Below are positions 38,162 to 49,517 of a DNA stretch of 64,000 nucleotides, in pieces. A program made the translations under genes and the position numbers. The notes under the pieces were generated by a model. It made no database searches. It had not been told where the DNA came from and saw only the letters and a list, made by a program, of their open reading frames with translations. Numbering within the stretch: the stretch's first letter is position 1; each line of letters starts with the position of its first letter. The stretch is from NCBI GenBank assembly GCA_030681675.1, contig JAUXRP010000002.1, forward strand, positions 5,178 to 69,177, in the 5' to 3' direction. Source of the DNA: Candidatus Planktophila sp. (GTDB lineage Bacteria; Actinomycetota; Actinomycetes; Nanopelagicales; Nanopelagicaceae).

Positions 38162-38761
38162 GTGATGATAAGTCGCATTTTCAAACCGGCGGTTACGAGA
38201 TTCATAACACCCGTAGCTAAGTTCGCCCTTCGTATCGGCATCACGCCTAACGGGGCCACCTTTATTGGTGCGCTCGGTGTAGTTGCATCCTCGCTCTATT
38301 TCTACCCGAGGGGGGATTTTTTTCTCGGAACGGCCATCATCTTAATCTTTGCCCTTAGCGATCTTTTCGATGGAACCATGGCGAGAATTTCCCAGATAGG
38401 TGCCAGTCGTTGGGGCGCTTTTTTAGATTCAACGATAGATCGAATAACAGACTCTGCAATCTTGATTGGTTTAGCAATCTATTTAATCGATAGAGATGAT
38501 CGCTTGACCGGTGTAGTCATAGTTGCCTTAGTGTCAGGTTTGCTGGTGCCATATATTCGAGCTAAAGCTGAGATTTTTTCAATTCCATGTTCAGGTGGAA
38601 TCGCCGAACGCACTGAGCGATTAGCAATTTCAATGCTAGCTATCGCCTTTGATGGTCTTGGCGTTCCATTTGTTTTAGCCGGGGGATTGTGGTTGTTAGC
38701 GATCCTGGGATCAGTAACAGTGCTACAACGAATGCTCATCGTTAAAAGAGCGCTTGCCTAA
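38162..38761 (+). CDS. pgsA: Phosphatidylinositol phosphate synthase (CDP-alcohol phosphotransferase)
   Basis: DLFDGTMAR...GAFLDSTIDRITD, YIRAKAE, ERTERL. Confidence 0.93.
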   Translation: MMISRIFKPAVTRFITPVAKFALRIGITPNGATFIGALGVVASSLYFYPRGDFFLGTAIILIFALSDLFDGTMARISQIGASRWGAFLDSTIDRITDSAILIGLAIYLIDRDDRLTGVVIVALVSGLLVPYIRAKAEIFSIPCSGGIAERTERLAISMLAIAFDGLGVPFVLAGGLWLLAILGSVTVLQRMLIVKRALA

Positions 38762-39646
38762 ATGCTGAAAACACTCACTGCATGGGGCTATTTTGCCGCT
38801 TGGCGTATTTTGCGTTGGCTGCCTGAAGGTTTTGTTTACAGGTCGGCATATCGAATCTCAGATTTTCTTACAAAGAGAAATGGTCCGGGCGTGGTACGTT
38901 TCAAATCAAATCTCGCACGTACACAACCAAACATTACGGCATTGGATTTAGATTTGCTGGTGTACAGGGCGATGCGCTCGATGGTTCGATATTGGTGCGA
39001 CACATTTAGATTTCCAGATTGGTCGGAAGCGCGAATTGCTTCAACTGTAACTACGACAAATGAGCATCTTCTCCTTGATGCAATTGCCGCAGGTAAAGGC
39101 GCTATCGTGACGTTGCCACATGTTGGAAATTATGACCATGCCGCAGCCTATTTTTGCGGCAAAGGGGCAAAAATTGTGACCGTGGCCGAGCGATTAAAGC
39201 CAGAGGCTCTGTTTAAGAAATTTATGTCATATCGCGCTGCATTTGGTATGGAGGCTTTGCCCCTTGATGGACGTGTTATTCCAACTCTGGCACAACGATT
39301 ACGCGCCGGATGTGTTGTTGCATTGGCTGCAGATAGAGATCTTTCTCGCTCTGGAATCGATGTTAATTTCTTTGGGGCTCCGGCACGCATGCCAGCTGGA
39401 CCTGCAATTTTGGCCATCAAGACAGGCGCACCGCTCATTTATGCGATGGTTTCTTATACCGAGGATGGAATTCACATTGATTTTGAAATGGTTCCGATGT
39501 CAACGAATGGCGATGAGAGTGAGAGAGTTGCAGCAATTGTTCAAAGTAGTGCTGATTTATTTGCTAAAGGAATTTCTGCACATCCTTCCGATTGGCATAT
39601 GATGCAGCGCATTTGGATCGATGGCGATTTCAAGGAGCGAAATTGA
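38762..39646 (+). CDS. patA: Phosphatidylinositol mannoside acyltransferase
   Basis: RYWCDTFR, PHVGNYD, ADRDL, DWHMMQRIW. Lies between pgsA and pimA. Confidence 0.9.
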   Translation: MLKTLTAWGYFAAWRILRWLPEGFVYRSAYRISDFLTKRNGPGVVRFKSNLARTQPNITALDLDLLVYRAMRSMVRYWCDTFRFPDWSEARIASTVTTTNEHLLLDAIAAGKGAIVTLPHVGNYDHAAAYFCGKGAKIVTVAERLKPEALFKKFMSYRAAFGMEALPLDGRVIPTLAQRLRAGCVVALAADRDLSRSGIDVNFFGAPARMPAGPAILAIKTGAPLIYAMVSYTEDGIHIDFEMVPMSTNGDESERVAAIVQSSADLFAKGISAHPSDWHMMQRIWIDGDFKERN

Positions 39647-40824
39647 CGCACACTAAAAAACTAGCAATTGGAATTGTCTGCCCTTATGGATGGGATACGC
39701 CCGGTGGAGTGCAAAACCATGTGCGAGATTTAGCTGAGTTTCTAATTAGTGCAGGACATAGAGTCTCAGTATTAGCACCTGCGATAAATGAATCTTTATT
39801 ACCACCTTACGTGGTTAATGCTGGAAAGCCAATCTCAATTCCTTACAACGGCGCAGTTGCGCGAGTGCTTTTTGGTCCAATCGCCTTTGCACGTGTGCGG
39901 CAATGGATTCAAAATGGGGAGTTCGATGTCTTGCATTTACATGAGCCAGCAATTCCATCGATTTCACTTCTTGCATGCTGGGCCGCCGAAGGTCCAATGG
40001 TCGGAACTTTTCATGCTGCGGCTAAACATCAAAAAGTAATTTTTGCCATTGGTCCAATTCTCGAACCTGCCATAGAAAAACTCTCAGCTCGCATTGCAGT
40101 CTCTGAAGCGGCGCGATTAACGCTTACCAATCACCTTGAAACCGATGCCGTTGTGATTCCAAATGGGATTTATGCCAAGCGTTATGCAAATGGAGTTCCA
40201 AGAGCTGAATGGTCGGGAAATTCGATTGGATTTATTGGGCGCTTTGAAGAGCCCCGAAAAGGTTTACAAGTTTTACTCGACGCGCTTCCAATCATTGCCC
40301 GATTTGCCCCTGATGTTAAACTTTTTGTCGCTGGTCCAGGTGATTCAAGTGAGATTGAAAAATCGATCGATCCAGAACTACGTCACCGAATTAAATTTTT
40401 AGGCAAGATTACTGAAGCTGAAAAGGCCGATTTTATCTCATCATTGGTCATCTACGTCGCCCCAAACACTGGTGGAGAGTCCTTTGGAATAATTTTGGCC
40501 GAAGCTCTAGCCGGAGGTGCCTGCGTAGTAGCAAGTGATATTCCCGCTTTTGATTCACTGCTAGGTGGAGGCGAATACGGCGCCTTGTTTGCATCGGAGG
40601 ATTCATTGGATTTGGCAAAAACCATAATTGACTTACTTCGCGATGAACCTAAGTGTAGAGAACTTGTGAGAAAAGGTAAGAATCACGCTCAAATATTTGA
40701 TTGGGATGTTGTGGCACAAGAAATATTTTCGATTTATGAAATGGCCATGGTGGGTGGAGAAAAAATTACTTTAGCCTCAGATAATCGATCATGGAATCGA
40801 TTTCTAACTAGAGACGGGCGATAG
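39643..40824 (+). CDS. pimA: Phosphatidyl-myo-inositol alpha-mannosyltransferase (GT4)
   Basis: IGIVCPY, GGVQNH, PYNGAVAR, EPRKG, ESFGIILAE. TTG start at 39643 overlaps the patA end. Confidence 0.92.
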   Translation: MTHTKKLAIGIVCPYGWDTPGGVQNHVRDLAEFLISAGHRVSVLAPAINESLLPPYVVNAGKPISIPYNGAVARVLFGPIAFARVRQWIQNGEFDVLHLHEPAIPSISLLACWAAEGPMVGTFHAAAKHQKVIFAIGPILEPAIEKLSARIAVSEAARLTLTNHLETDAVVIPNGIYAKRYANGVPRAEWSGNSIGFIGRFEEPRKGLQVLLDALPIIARFAPDVKLFVAGPGDSSEIEKSIDPELRHRIKFLGKITEAEKADFISSLVIYVAPNTGGESFGIILAEALAGGACVVASDIPAFDSLLGGGEYGALFASEDSLDLAKTIIDLLRDEPKCRELVRKGKNHAQIFDWDVVAQEIFSIYEMAMVGGEKITLASDNRSWNRFLTRDGR

Positions 40825-40827
40825 GAA

Positions 40828-41331
40828 GTGAAAACTACACTGGCAGTTGCTTTAGTTATTCTGATTTCGCTCTGGTATCTCTCCTTCCTTGCTACTCGTT
40901 TAGACCGATTACATCATCGGGTTGAAACTAGTTGGGCGAACTTAGATAGTCTGCTTCAGCGTCGTGCGGCAATAGCTTTAGAAATTGCCCACAGCGATTT
41001 CGCAGATCCGGCATCCTCGTTGCTATTAACGTCTGCTGCTTATCAAGCACGTGAAGCGAGTGTTCAAGATCGTTCATCGGCGGAGATGGCGCTATCTGGT
41101 GCTTTAGGTCTGCTCATTGTTGATGGAGCGATCCATGCAAATGAAGGGGAGGCCTCATTACTCAATGAATTATCGGAGTTGATGGCTAAGATTTCTATTG
41201 CTATTGCGATTCATACCGATGCAGTTTCATCGACACAGATGGTCAGAAAGAAATTAGCTATTCGCTTATTTCGTTTAGCAGGAACTGCGCCGCTTCCAGT
41301 AACGTACGAGTTTGAGTTCGATGCGATCTAA
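40828..41331 (+). CDS. Conserved actinobacterial membrane-anchored LemA-like helical protein
   Basis: N-terminal TM, RLDRLHHRVE...LQRRA, RLFRLAGTAPLP. Confidence 0.75.
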   Translation: MKTTLAVALVILISLWYLSFLATRLDRLHHRVETSWANLDSLLQRRAAIALEIAHSDFADPASSLLLTSAAYQAREASVQDRSSAEMALSGALGLLIVDGAIHANEGEASLLNELSELMAKISIAIAIHTDAVSSTQMVRKKLAIRLFRLAGTAPLPVTYEFEFDAI

Positions 41332-42352
41332 AACCGTTTTAGGCCTATGTAGCCTCATCATCCTACTTTTAGTGAGCAGTTGCGCAACAGTGACACCAAG
41401 GATTGCCACTCCCATTCCAACCATTCCTAAAGTAATTGAATACAATGCTTTGAGCGGTCGCGAGGGGATTAACGGTCCAGTTTTAATAGTCAAAATTGAT
41501 GATACGAATGCAGCGCGTCCGCAGATCGGTTTAGAAGATGCCGATGTTGTATACATTGAACAGGTTGAGGGTGGCCTAACGCGCCTCGCTGCAGTTTTTT
41601 CATCGATTATTCCGATGCGTATCGGTCCAGTTCGAAGTGCGCGCATTTCAGATATTGAGATCATGAGTCAATATGGTCGAGTTGTTTTTGCATATAGTGG
41701 TGCTCAACGCAAACTCCTTCCAGTAATCGATGCAGCCAATGTAGTTAATCTCGGCGCCCAATCTCAATCTCCAACGATTTATACAACGGATCCAACTCGA
41801 AATCAGCCGCATGCAATGGTTCTACGCGCTGATTTATTAATGCAGAGAGTTTTGGAGAAGGAATATGTTGTCGATTCTGCGAAATCAATTGGTTGGAAAT
41901 TTGGAAAAGTCGATTCTGTTGGAGTTCCGATTTCACGTGCGGTGGTTCGCTGGCCCGCCGCGCAATATGGTGTCATCTGGTCATTTGTTGAAAATAGATG
42001 GCTTTTAACGCACAACAATGAACCCAAACTTGCCGATACAGGAAAACAATTAGGCGCTTCGACCTTCGTAATTCAAATTACTTCGATTACCCCCTCGATC
42101 TATGGAGATAAGTTTGGAGGCGTCACTCCGCTATCTAGGACCGTAGGTACTGGAACTGGTTACATTTTGCGCGATGGCAAAAGCTTTACCGCGACATGGA
42201 GCCGCGCCTCTGATGAGGTTGGAACAACGTGGACGGCGCTCGATGGCAGTGAAATCGCCTTCGCGCCCGGCCACGTCTGGGTAGCGCTGACCGATACTGA
42301 GCCGGATTTCACGCTAATACCTGCGAGCGCAAAGCCATCACCAACAAAGTAG
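41312..42352 (+). CDS. DUF3048 (YerB-like) putative lipoprotein
   Basis: Signal peptide with VSSC lipobox, VKIDD..AARPQIGLEDADVVY.EQVEGGLTRL, GPVRSAR. Confidence 0.85.
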   Translation: MSSMRSKTVLGLCSLIILLLVSSCATVTPRIATPIPTIPKVIEYNALSGREGINGPVLIVKIDDTNAARPQIGLEDADVVYIEQVEGGLTRLAAVFSSIIPMRIGPVRSARISDIEIMSQYGRVVFAYSGAQRKLLPVIDAANVVNLGAQSQSPTIYTTDPTRNQPHAMVLRADLLMQRVLEKEYVVDSAKSIGWKFGKVDSVGVPISRAVVRWPAAQYGVIWSFVENRWLLTHNNEPKLADTGKQLGASTFVIQITSITPSIYGDKFGGVTPLSRTVGTGTGYILRDGKSFTATWSRASDEVGTTWTALDGSEIAFAPGHVWVALTDTEPDFTLIPASAKPSPTK

Positions 42353-42392
42353 GATATCCCTCTAGTAAGAGTGAAAAAATTGGAGAACCTTA

Positions 42393-43280
42393 ATGGCGCA
42401 TGAGACAGGTACTGGGCGAGTCAAACGTGGCATGGCAGAGATGCTCAAAGGTGGCGTCATCATGGATGTCGTTAACGCCGAGCAGGCAAAGATTGCTGAA
42501 GATGCCGGTGCAGTTGCCGTGATGGCACTTGAGCGAGTACCTGCCGATATTCGCGCACAAGGTGGTGTAGCGCGGATGTCAGATCCAGACATGATTGAAA
42601 AGATAAAGGCCGCGGTCACAATTCCAGTGATGGCAAAGGCGCGCATTGGTCATTTTGTTGAAGCACAGGTTTTGCAGTCCTTAGGTGTTGATTACATCGA
42701 CGAGTCAGAGGTATTAACTCCTGCGGATTATAAAAATCATATTGATAAATGGGCCTTCACCATACCCTTCGTATGCGGTGCTACAAATCTTGGCGAAGCG
42801 CTGCGGCGAATCAATGAAGGTGCTGCCATGATCCGTTCAAAGGGCGAGGCCGGCACGGGCGATGTATCTAATGCGATGCAGCACATGCGTGAAATTAATG
42901 GTGAAATTCGCCGTTTATCATCTCTTCGTGAAGATGAACTCTATGTTGCAGCAAAAGAGTTGCAGGCGCCGTATGAATTAGTAAAAGAGGTAGCTGAAAA
43001 AGGCAAACTTCCAGTTGTTCTCTTCACCGCCGGAGGAATCGCAACTCCTGCCGATGCAGCGCTTATGATGAGCATGGGTGCAGATGGTGTATTTATCGGC
43101 TCCGGAATATTTAAATCAGGAAATCCAGCACAACGCGCTGCAGCATGTGTTCGCGCGACAACTTTTTGGGATGACCCTAAGGTAATTGCGGATGCTTCAC
43201 GTGGCCTAGGGGAGGCGATGGTTGGAATTAATGTCGCCGATCTTCCAGCGCCCCACCGTCTTGCAGAGCGTGGTTGGTAG
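42393..43280 (+). CDS. pdxS: Pyridoxal 5'-phosphate synthase lyase subunit
   Basis: [40 protein letters not shown]. Confidence 0.97.
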   Translation: MAHETGTGRVKRGMAEMLKGGVIMDVVNAEQAKIAEDAGAVAVMALERVPADIRAQGGVARMSDPDMIEKIKAAVTIPVMAKARIGHFVEAQVLQSLGVDYIDESEVLTPADYKNHIDKWAFTIPFVCGATNLGEALRRINEGAAMIRSKGEAGTGDVSNAMQHMREINGEIRRLSSLREDELYVAAKELQAPYELVKEVAEKGKLPVVLFTAGGIATPADAALMMSMGADGVFIGSGIFKSGNPAQRAAACVRATTFWDDPKVIADASRGLGEAMVGINVADLPAPHRLAERGW

Positions 43281-43294
43281 TCAGAGTTTCGGGA

Positions 43295-43891
43295 ATGAGA
43301 GTTGGAGTTCTTGCACTACAGGGCGATGTTCGCGAACATGTTAGTGCGCTGATCGCTTGCGGAGTGTATCCAACGGCAATTCGACGCTCCCAAGAGTTAG
43401 ATGCAGTTGATGCCTTAGTTATACCTGGCGGCGAGTCAACAACAATTGCACATTTAGCTAAGAGTTTTGAGATTTTCATGCCCATTAAGTCACGAATTGC
43501 TTCAGGAATGCCGGTGTATGGATCGTGTGCTGGGATGATTCTATTAGCCAACCAGATTCTTGATGTGATGGATGGACAAGAGGTTTTTGGTGGTCTGGAT
43601 ATCACAGTTCGAAGAAATGCTTTTGGACGCCAAGTTGATTCCTTTGAATCAGATATTGCATTTGCAGATGGAAATGATGTGCCGCTTCGCGCAATCTTTA
43701 TTCGTGCACCATGGGTAGAAACAACAGGACTCGGAGTTGAAGTTTTGGCGCAGATTGATTCCCACCCAGTCGCGGTTCGCTCTTCAACCATCTTGGCAAC
43801 ATCTTTTCATCCAGAGCTCACGGGAGATCATCGAGTTCATCGATACTTTATTGAGGAAGTGGCACGAGGCGCGCTGAAGCAGGTACAGTAG
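43295..43891 (+). CDS. pdxT: Pyridoxal 5'-phosphate synthase glutaminase subunit
   Basis: GVLALQG, PGGEST, GSCAG, RNAFGRQ, FIRAP, FHPE. Confidence 0.95.
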   Translation: MRVGVLALQGDVREHVSALIACGVYPTAIRRSQELDAVDALVIPGGESTTIAHLAKSFEIFMPIKSRIASGMPVYGSCAGMILLANQILDVMDGQEVFGGLDITVRRNAFGRQVDSFESDIAFADGNDVPLRAIFIRAPWVETTGLGVEVLAQIDSHPVAVRSSTILATSFHPELTGDHRVHRYFIEEVARGALKQVQ

Positions 43892-43927
43892 CTCGAACTA
43901 TTACAAAAGCGGCAAAGGGGCAAAGAA

Positions 43928-44680
43928 ATGTCTGGCCATTCCAAATGGGCGACAACTAAGCATAAGAAGGCGATCATCGATAGCCGACGTGCAAAGGTTT
44001 TTGCAAAACAGATCCGTGCAATAGAAGTGGCTGCGCGAAATGGTGGCGCCGATCTTGAAGGCAATCCAACGCTCTTTGATGCAATCACTAAAGCGAAGAA
44101 ATCATCGATGCCCGCCGACAATATTGAGCGTGCGGTCAAACGAGGAGCGGGTTTAGAGCTCGGTGCGGCGGATTACCAAACGATTATGTACGAGGGTTAT
44201 GGCCCCAATGGTGTTGCAATCATGATTGAGTGTCTTACAGATAATCGGAATAGGTCATCTTCTGAGGTGCGCGTTGCTGTGACGCGAAATGGTGGCACGA
44301 TGGCAGATCCAGGGTCGGTTGCATATTTATTTAATCGAAAAGGTGTGGTCATCGTAAATAAAACTGATGGCCTTACTGAAGACTCAATTCTTGAAGCGGT
44401 ACTTGATGCCGGAGCCGAAGAGGTCAATGATTTAGGTACGGCCTTTGAAGTGGTAAGTGAGCCAAATAGATTAGTTCCAGTGCGTACCGCACTCCAAAGC
44501 GCAGGCATTGACTATGAATCGGCAGACTCCTCATTTCTGCCTTCATTGCAGATTGAGCTCGACGTCGAGAACGCTAAGAAAGTATTTGAACTCATCGATG
44601 CCATCGAAGAGCTCGATGATGTGCAAAATGTTTTTAGCAATTTTGATGTAAGTGATGAGGTTATGGCGAGCCTTGAGTAA
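43928..44680 (+). CDS. yebC: YebC/PmpR family protein
   Basis: [28 protein letters not shown]. Confidence 0.95.
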   Translation: MSGHSKWATTKHKKAIIDSRRAKVFAKQIRAIEVAARNGGADLEGNPTLFDAITKAKKSSMPADNIERAVKRGAGLELGAADYQTIMYEGYGPNGVAIMIECLTDNRNRSSSEVRVAVTRNGGTMADPGSVAYLFNRKGVVIVNKTDGLTEDSILEAVLDAGAEEVNDLGTAFEVVSEPNRLVPVRTALQSAGIDYESADSSFLPSLQIELDVENAKKVFELIDAIEELDDVQNVFSNFDVSDEVMASLE

Positions 44681-44741
44681 AGAAGTGGGTAAAACCCTAG
44701 GCTAGAACTCTTATGTAACGCGATGTAGTGAAGGTGGTGCG

Positions 44742-45278
44742 ATGCGAGTTCTTGGTATTGATCCAGGTCTAACGCGCTGCGGTATTGGGATAGTCGAAGG
44801 CGCTGTTGGTCGACCTCTAACAATGATGGGTGTCGGTGTGATTTTAACTCCCTCAACTCTTGCACTTGAGTCGCGTCTTCTTGAATTAGATACCTCAATT
44901 AATGAATGGATCTCTTTATGGAGCCCAGATTTCATCGCAGTCGAGCGCGTCTTTGCCCAACATAATGTTCGCACTGTTATGGGTACTGCTCAAGCCGCCG
45001 GTGTAGCCTTATTAATCGCAGCAAAATCCGGGATTCCAGTCATGATGCATACACCTAGCGAAGTTAAAGCATCGGTCACAGGATCTGGTCGTGCCAATAA
45101 GGCTCAAGTTGCACAGATGGTCGCCAAACTTTTGAATTTAAATGAGATTCCAAAGCCAGTCGATGCCACTGATGCGCTTGCCCTTGCAATCTGTCATATT
45201 TGGCGGGGCGGGGCAACTGCAAAGATTGCATCGGCGGTATCGATTGAGCAAGCTCGACTTAGAAAACAACGTGCGTAA
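44742..45278 (+). CDS. ruvC: Holliday junction resolvase RuvC
   Basis: GIDPG, ERVF, PSEVKASVTG, DATDALA. Confidence 0.96.
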   Translation: MRVLGIDPGLTRCGIGIVEGAVGRPLTMMGVGVILTPSTLALESRLLELDTSINEWISLWSPDFIAVERVFAQHNVRTVMGTAQAAGVALLIAAKSGIPVMMHTPSEVKASVTGSGRANKAQVAQMVAKLLNLNEIPKPVDATDALALAICHIWRGGATAKIASAVSIEQARLRKQRA

Positions 45279-45893
45279 ATGATTTCTACAGTACATGGAG
45301 TTGTTCGCGCCGTCCACAGTGATCGCTTAATCGTTGAAGTTGGGGGAGTGGGCCTAAGCATTTTAGTAAACGCGCAAACGGCCGCTGAAGTCAGTATTGG
45401 ATCTCAACTCCTTCTCTATACGACGTTAGTCGTACGCGAAGACTCCTTAACACTATTTGGATTTGCACATGATGAGGCACGTACGATATTTGAACTACTT
45501 CAAACAGTATCTGGTATCGGTCCAAAAGTAGCGCTCTCCATTCTAGGCGCACTCACTCCAGAGGATTTAGGTAGTGCAATAGCACAAGATGATGTTGCAA
45601 CTATCGAAAGAGTGCCTGGCATCGGAAAAAAAGGAGCGCAACGATTAATTCTTGAACTCAAAGGAAAGTTAACTTCGCTCACCAACTCTTCGGCTTTCTC
45701 CGCGCATGTTCCGGCATGGCGTGAAGATTTAACGGGTGCACTGATCACACTTGGTTTTTCACCCAGAGATTCTGATGCAGCAATCTCAGCCTTGATTTCC
45801 AGGTTAACTAATGAGGGCGTGGATCCGAAAACTATTGCATTGGGCGAATTACTCAAAGATGCATTATCACAAGGGAAAATCTCACGTGAATGA
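45279..45893 (+). CDS. ruvA: Holliday junction branch migration protein RuvA
   Basis: [28 protein letters not shown]. Confidence 0.95.
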   Translation: MISTVHGVVRAVHSDRLIVEVGGVGLSILVNAQTAAEVSIGSQLLLYTTLVVREDSLTLFGFAHDEARTIFELLQTVSGIGPKVALSILGALTPEDLGSAIAQDDVATIERVPGIGKKGAQRLILELKGKLTSLTNSSAFSAHVPAWREDLTGALITLGFSPRDSDAAISALISRLTNEGVDPKTIALGELLKDALSQGKISRE

Positions 45894-46926
45894 GGATCGC
45901 TTAGTGGGTTCAAGTATTAAGGGCGAAGACTCAGCCGTTGAACAGGCACTTCGCCCAGCCAGCTTGAAGGAGTTTATTGGACAGCACAGAGTGCGTGAGC
46001 AAATCGATGTTCTTCTTACTGCAGCGCGCCATCGCGGATCGCCTGCCGATCATATTTTACTTTCGGGACCACCAGGTTTAGGAAAAACAACGTTAGCTCT
46101 TATTTTGGCCAATGAAATGTCTGCACCTATTCGAATTACTAGTGGACCGGCGATTACACATGCCGGTGATTTGGCAGCAATTCTCTCCTCATTAGTTGAG
46201 GGTGAGATTTTGTTTCTCGATGAGATTCATCGCTTACCGCGACCTGCCGAAGAGCTTCTGTATTTGGCGATGGAGGATTTTAGAGTAGATATTGTTGTCG
46301 GTAAGGGTCCTGGTGCAACGGCTATTCCGCTTTCACTTCCACATTTCACTTTAGTCGGAGCAACTACTCGAAGTGGTTTATTAACTAGTCCGCTGCGCGA
46401 TCGTTTTGGCTTTACTGGGCATTTAGATTTTTACAGCGACAGTGAGTTAGCGCAGGTAATAAGCAGGAGTGCAGATTTACTTGATATTCAAATTGCACAC
46501 GATGCAATTGTTGAAATCGCTACGCGCTCTCGCGGAACTCCCAGAATTGCCAATCGCCTTCTTCGTCGCGTGCGAGATTATGGTCAAGTCAAGGGCAGTG
46601 TTCTTATCGGCATTGAAGATACTCGCGCCGCCCTTGAAATCTACGAGGTAGATTTTGCAGGTTTAGATCGCCTAGATCGTGGAGTTCTCACCGCTTTAAT
46701 TGAGCGCTTCAATGGCGGACCTGTGGGGCTATCGACACTGGCAATAGCAGTTGGTGAAGAGGTTGAAACCGTTGAATCTGTAGCAGAGCCCTTCTTGGTA
46801 AGAAATGGCTTTATGGCCAGAACTCCGCGGGGGAGAGTTGCAACAGCAATGGGTTTTGCCCACATAGGACGTACACCACCCGCGCAACTGGCCTCTCTTT
46901 TCGACACACCTGCAATTGATGCCTAG
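45886..46926 (+). CDS. ruvB: Holliday junction helicase RuvB
   Basis: [39 protein letters not shown] start at 45886. Confidence 0.96.
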   Translation: MNEDRLVGSSIKGEDSAVEQALRPASLKEFIGQHRVREQIDVLLTAARHRGSPADHILLSGPPGLGKTTLALILANEMSAPIRITSGPAITHAGDLAAILSSLVEGEILFLDEIHRLPRPAEELLYLAMEDFRVDIVVGKGPGATAIPLSLPHFTLVGATTRSGLLTSPLRDRFGFTGHLDFYSDSELAQVISRSADLLDIQIAHDAIVEIATRSRGTPRIANRLLRRVRDYGQVKGSVLIGIEDTRAALEIYEVDFAGLDRLDRGVLTALIERFNGGPVGLSTLAIAVGEEVETVESVAEPFLVRNGFMARTPRGRVATAMGFAHIGRTPPAQLASLFDTPAIDA

Positions 46927-46937
46927 ACTCTGCGTCT

Positions 46938-48449
46938 ATGTCTACTACTAATAAAGCTGTAAAGACGGCCAACCGCCCGAGCCGTTCATTGGCGATCCTT
47001 GGCCTGGTTCTAGTGGCCTTGGCTGGAATCGCCTTTGTCCAAGGCGCAACCTCGGTGCGCCTTGGCCTAGATCTTCGAGGCGGAACATCTGTGACGCTCC
47101 AACCTCGAGTAGCACCTGGCGAGAGTGGGAAAGTTACCAATGAGGCGATAGATCAAGCCGTATCTATAATTCGCCAACGCGTTAACTCACTTGGCGTTGC
47201 TGAATCAGAAGTTGCCGCGCAGGGAAGTGGAACTAATCGTCAAATTGTCATCTCTGTTCCAGGAGATACAGGTCGTAGAGTTGTTGAATTAGTTGGACAA
47301 ACAGCTGAACTTCGATTTCGTCAGGTTCTTGCAAGCGCTGCTGCAACGGGAACTGCCGATCCTGCCGCGACCCCAACTGCGGGTGTGAGCGCTGACGTGA
47401 ATGCAAAGTTTGCGGCTTTAGATTGCACCAAGTTAGAAAATCTTCAGGGAACTGGAACTGATGCACCAACAGATACGATTGCTGTGTGTGATCGCGCAGG
47501 CACCACTAAATATATTTTAGCTCCAGCTGAAGTATTAGGCCGTCAAATTTCAAAAGCATCTGCCGGAATTGACACCCAAGGTGGAAACGCTTGGTATGTC
47601 AGTCTGACATTTAATGGCGAGGGAACAACAGCATTTGGTGCACTCACAACTCGTGTAACAACGTTGGTTGAGCCTCTTAATCAAGTCGCGATAGTTCTAG
47701 ATGGTTTAGTTGTTTCATCTCCACGAATCACTGAGCCAATTCCATCTGGAAATGCGCAGATTACTGGCAGCTTCACTCAACTTGAAGCACAGGATTTAGC
47801 CAATGTATTAAAGTACGGTGCATTGCCTTTGGCATTTGATCGTGGCGAAATTCAGCAGATCTCTCCAACTCTTGGAGCTGACCAACTTGATGCTGGTTTA
47901 ATTGCAGGTGGCCTTGGCCTAATTCTCGTCTTTCTTTACTCACTGCTCTATTACCGAGGTCTTGGCCTTGTAACCGTCGGCTCACTTCTTGTGGCAACTT
48001 CACTTGTACTTGTTCTCTTCTTGCTTCTAGGAGAATGGATTGGATTTACGCTCACACTTGCTGGAATCGCGGGTGCAATCGTAGCTATCGGCGTTACTGC
48101 CGATTCATTCATTATCTACTTCGAACGTATTCGAGATGAGATTAGAGAGGGTAAATCGCTTCGAACTGCAGTTGAAACTGGCTGGCTGCGCGCCCGTCAC
48201 ACAATTTTAATCGCCGACTTTGTTTCGATTATTGCCGCAGCACTTCTCTACTTCTTTGCCGTTGGCGGAGTTCGAGGCTTTGCATTTACTTTAGGTCTCA
48301 CCACCTTGGTTGACCTCATTGTGGTCTTCACTTTCACAAAGCCACTCGTGACGATTCTTGCACGGCTCAATTTCTTTGCATCTGGGCACCGCTTCTCTGG
48401 CCTCTCAGCTAAGAGCACTGGAACACTGCTAGTAACTAAGGAGGCGTAA
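46938..48449 (+). CDS. secD: Protein translocase subunit SecD
   Basis: LGLDLRGG, RQRVNSLGVAE, YGALP, ADSFIIYFERIRDE. Confidence 0.95.
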   Translation: MSTTNKAVKTANRPSRSLAILGLVLVALAGIAFVQGATSVRLGLDLRGGTSVTLQPRVAPGESGKVTNEAIDQAVSIIRQRVNSLGVAESEVAAQGSGTNRQIVISVPGDTGRRVVELVGQTAELRFRQVLASAAATGTADPAATPTAGVSADVNAKFAALDCTKLENLQGTGTDAPTDTIAVCDRAGTTKYILAPAEVLGRQISKASAGIDTQGGNAWYVSLTFNGEGTTAFGALTTRVTTLVEPLNQVAIVLDGLVVSSPRITEPIPSGNAQITGSFTQLEAQDLANVLKYGALPLAFDRGEIQQISPTLGADQLDAGLIAGGLGLILVFLYSLLYYRGLGLVTVGSLLVATSLVLVLFLLLGEWIGFTLTLAGIAGAIVAIGVTADSFIIYFERIRDEIREGKSLRTAVETGWLRARHTILIADFVSIIAAALLYFFAVGGVRGFAFTLGLTTLVDLIVVFTFTKPLVTILARLNFFASGHRFSGLSAKSTGTLLVTKEA

Positions 48450-48452
48450 TTC

Positions 48453-49508
48453 ATGTCAAAATTTTCAGGTCTAGGTGGTCGTCTCTATCGCGGTGAAACA
48501 TCAGTTGACTTCATTGGACGTCGACGTCGCTGGTATTCAATTTCTGCTTTCTTCATCCTTTTATCAATCGCAGCCCTTGTATGGCAAGGCCTACATTTAG
48601 GAATTGAATTTAAAGGTGGCTCATCTTTTACGGTTACTAAGCAAAACGCATCAATTGCCGATGCACGTGCAGCTGTTGCTTCAGTTGGAGTTCCTGGCGA
48701 GATAATCGTTCAAAATATTGGTACTGATAAAGTGCGAGTTCAAACGGCGGCCCTTGATACTGTTCAAAATAATGCGGTTCAGGATGCCCTTGCCGACAAG
48801 TTTTCGGTAAGTGTCGAATCAATCGATACTCAAATCGTTGGTCCATCGTGGGGTAAAGAGATTACACGCAAGGCAGTGTACGGATTACTTGGTTTCCTGA
48901 TTTGCGTCATGCTCTATCTTGCTATGGCATTTGAGCCGAAGATGGCAGTTGCGGCAATTGTGGCCGTTGTGCACGACGTCTTTATTACAGTTGGAATCTA
49001 TGCTCTTGTTGGATTTGATGTAACGCCGGCGACGGTCATTGGTTTTCTCACCATTCTCGGTTATTCGCTCTACGACACCGTTGTTGTCTTTGACAAGATT
49101 CGTGAAAACACTCGGACCATAACATCGAGTTCAAAGAGCACGTATTCTCAAGCTGCAAATTTGGCAGTTAACCAGACGATTGTTCGCTCATTTAACACGT
49201 CTGTCATTGCCTTACTTCCAGTTGGCTCAATCTTGTTTGTAGGTGCGGGACTACTCGGTGCTGGAACGCTCAAAGATCTCTCGCTCGCTCTATTTATTGG
49301 TTTAGCAGTCGGAACTTATTCCTCGGTCTTTATCGCACCTCCCGTGCTTGCTCAATTGCGTGAAAGAGAGCCGGCGATGATTGCCCTGGCCAAGCGTGTA
49401 AATGGGCGAAGTGCAACCCCAACAGTTTTTTCCGCAGTAACTCCAATTACTGCAAAGATTGAAAATCGTGGACCTCGTAATCAACCAAAGCGCAAAGGTC
49501 GCAAGTAG
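48453..49508 (+). CDS. secF: Protein translocase subunit SecF
   Basis: GIEFKGG, VGPSWG, HDVFIT, YSLYDTVVVFDKIRE. Confidence 0.95.
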   Translation: MSKFSGLGGRLYRGETSVDFIGRRRRWYSISAFFILLSIAALVWQGLHLGIEFKGGSSFTVTKQNASIADARAAVASVGVPGEIIVQNIGTDKVRVQTAALDTVQNNAVQDALADKFSVSVESIDTQIVGPSWGKEITRKAVYGLLGFLICVMLYLAMAFEPKMAVAAIVAVVHDVFITVGIYALVGFDVTPATVIGFLTILGYSLYDTVVVFDKIRENTRTITSSSKSTYSQAANLAVNQTIVRSFNTSVIALLPVGSILFVGAGLLGAGTLKDLSLALFIGLAVGTYSSVFIAPPVLAQLREREPAMIALAKRVNGRSATPTVFSAVTPITAKIENRGPRNQPKRKGRK

Positions 49509-49517
49509 GCAGTTCTT

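Noticed and set aside
43228-43791. 187-aa minus-strand ORF
   Set aside because: Antisense to pdxS/pdxT with no motifs.
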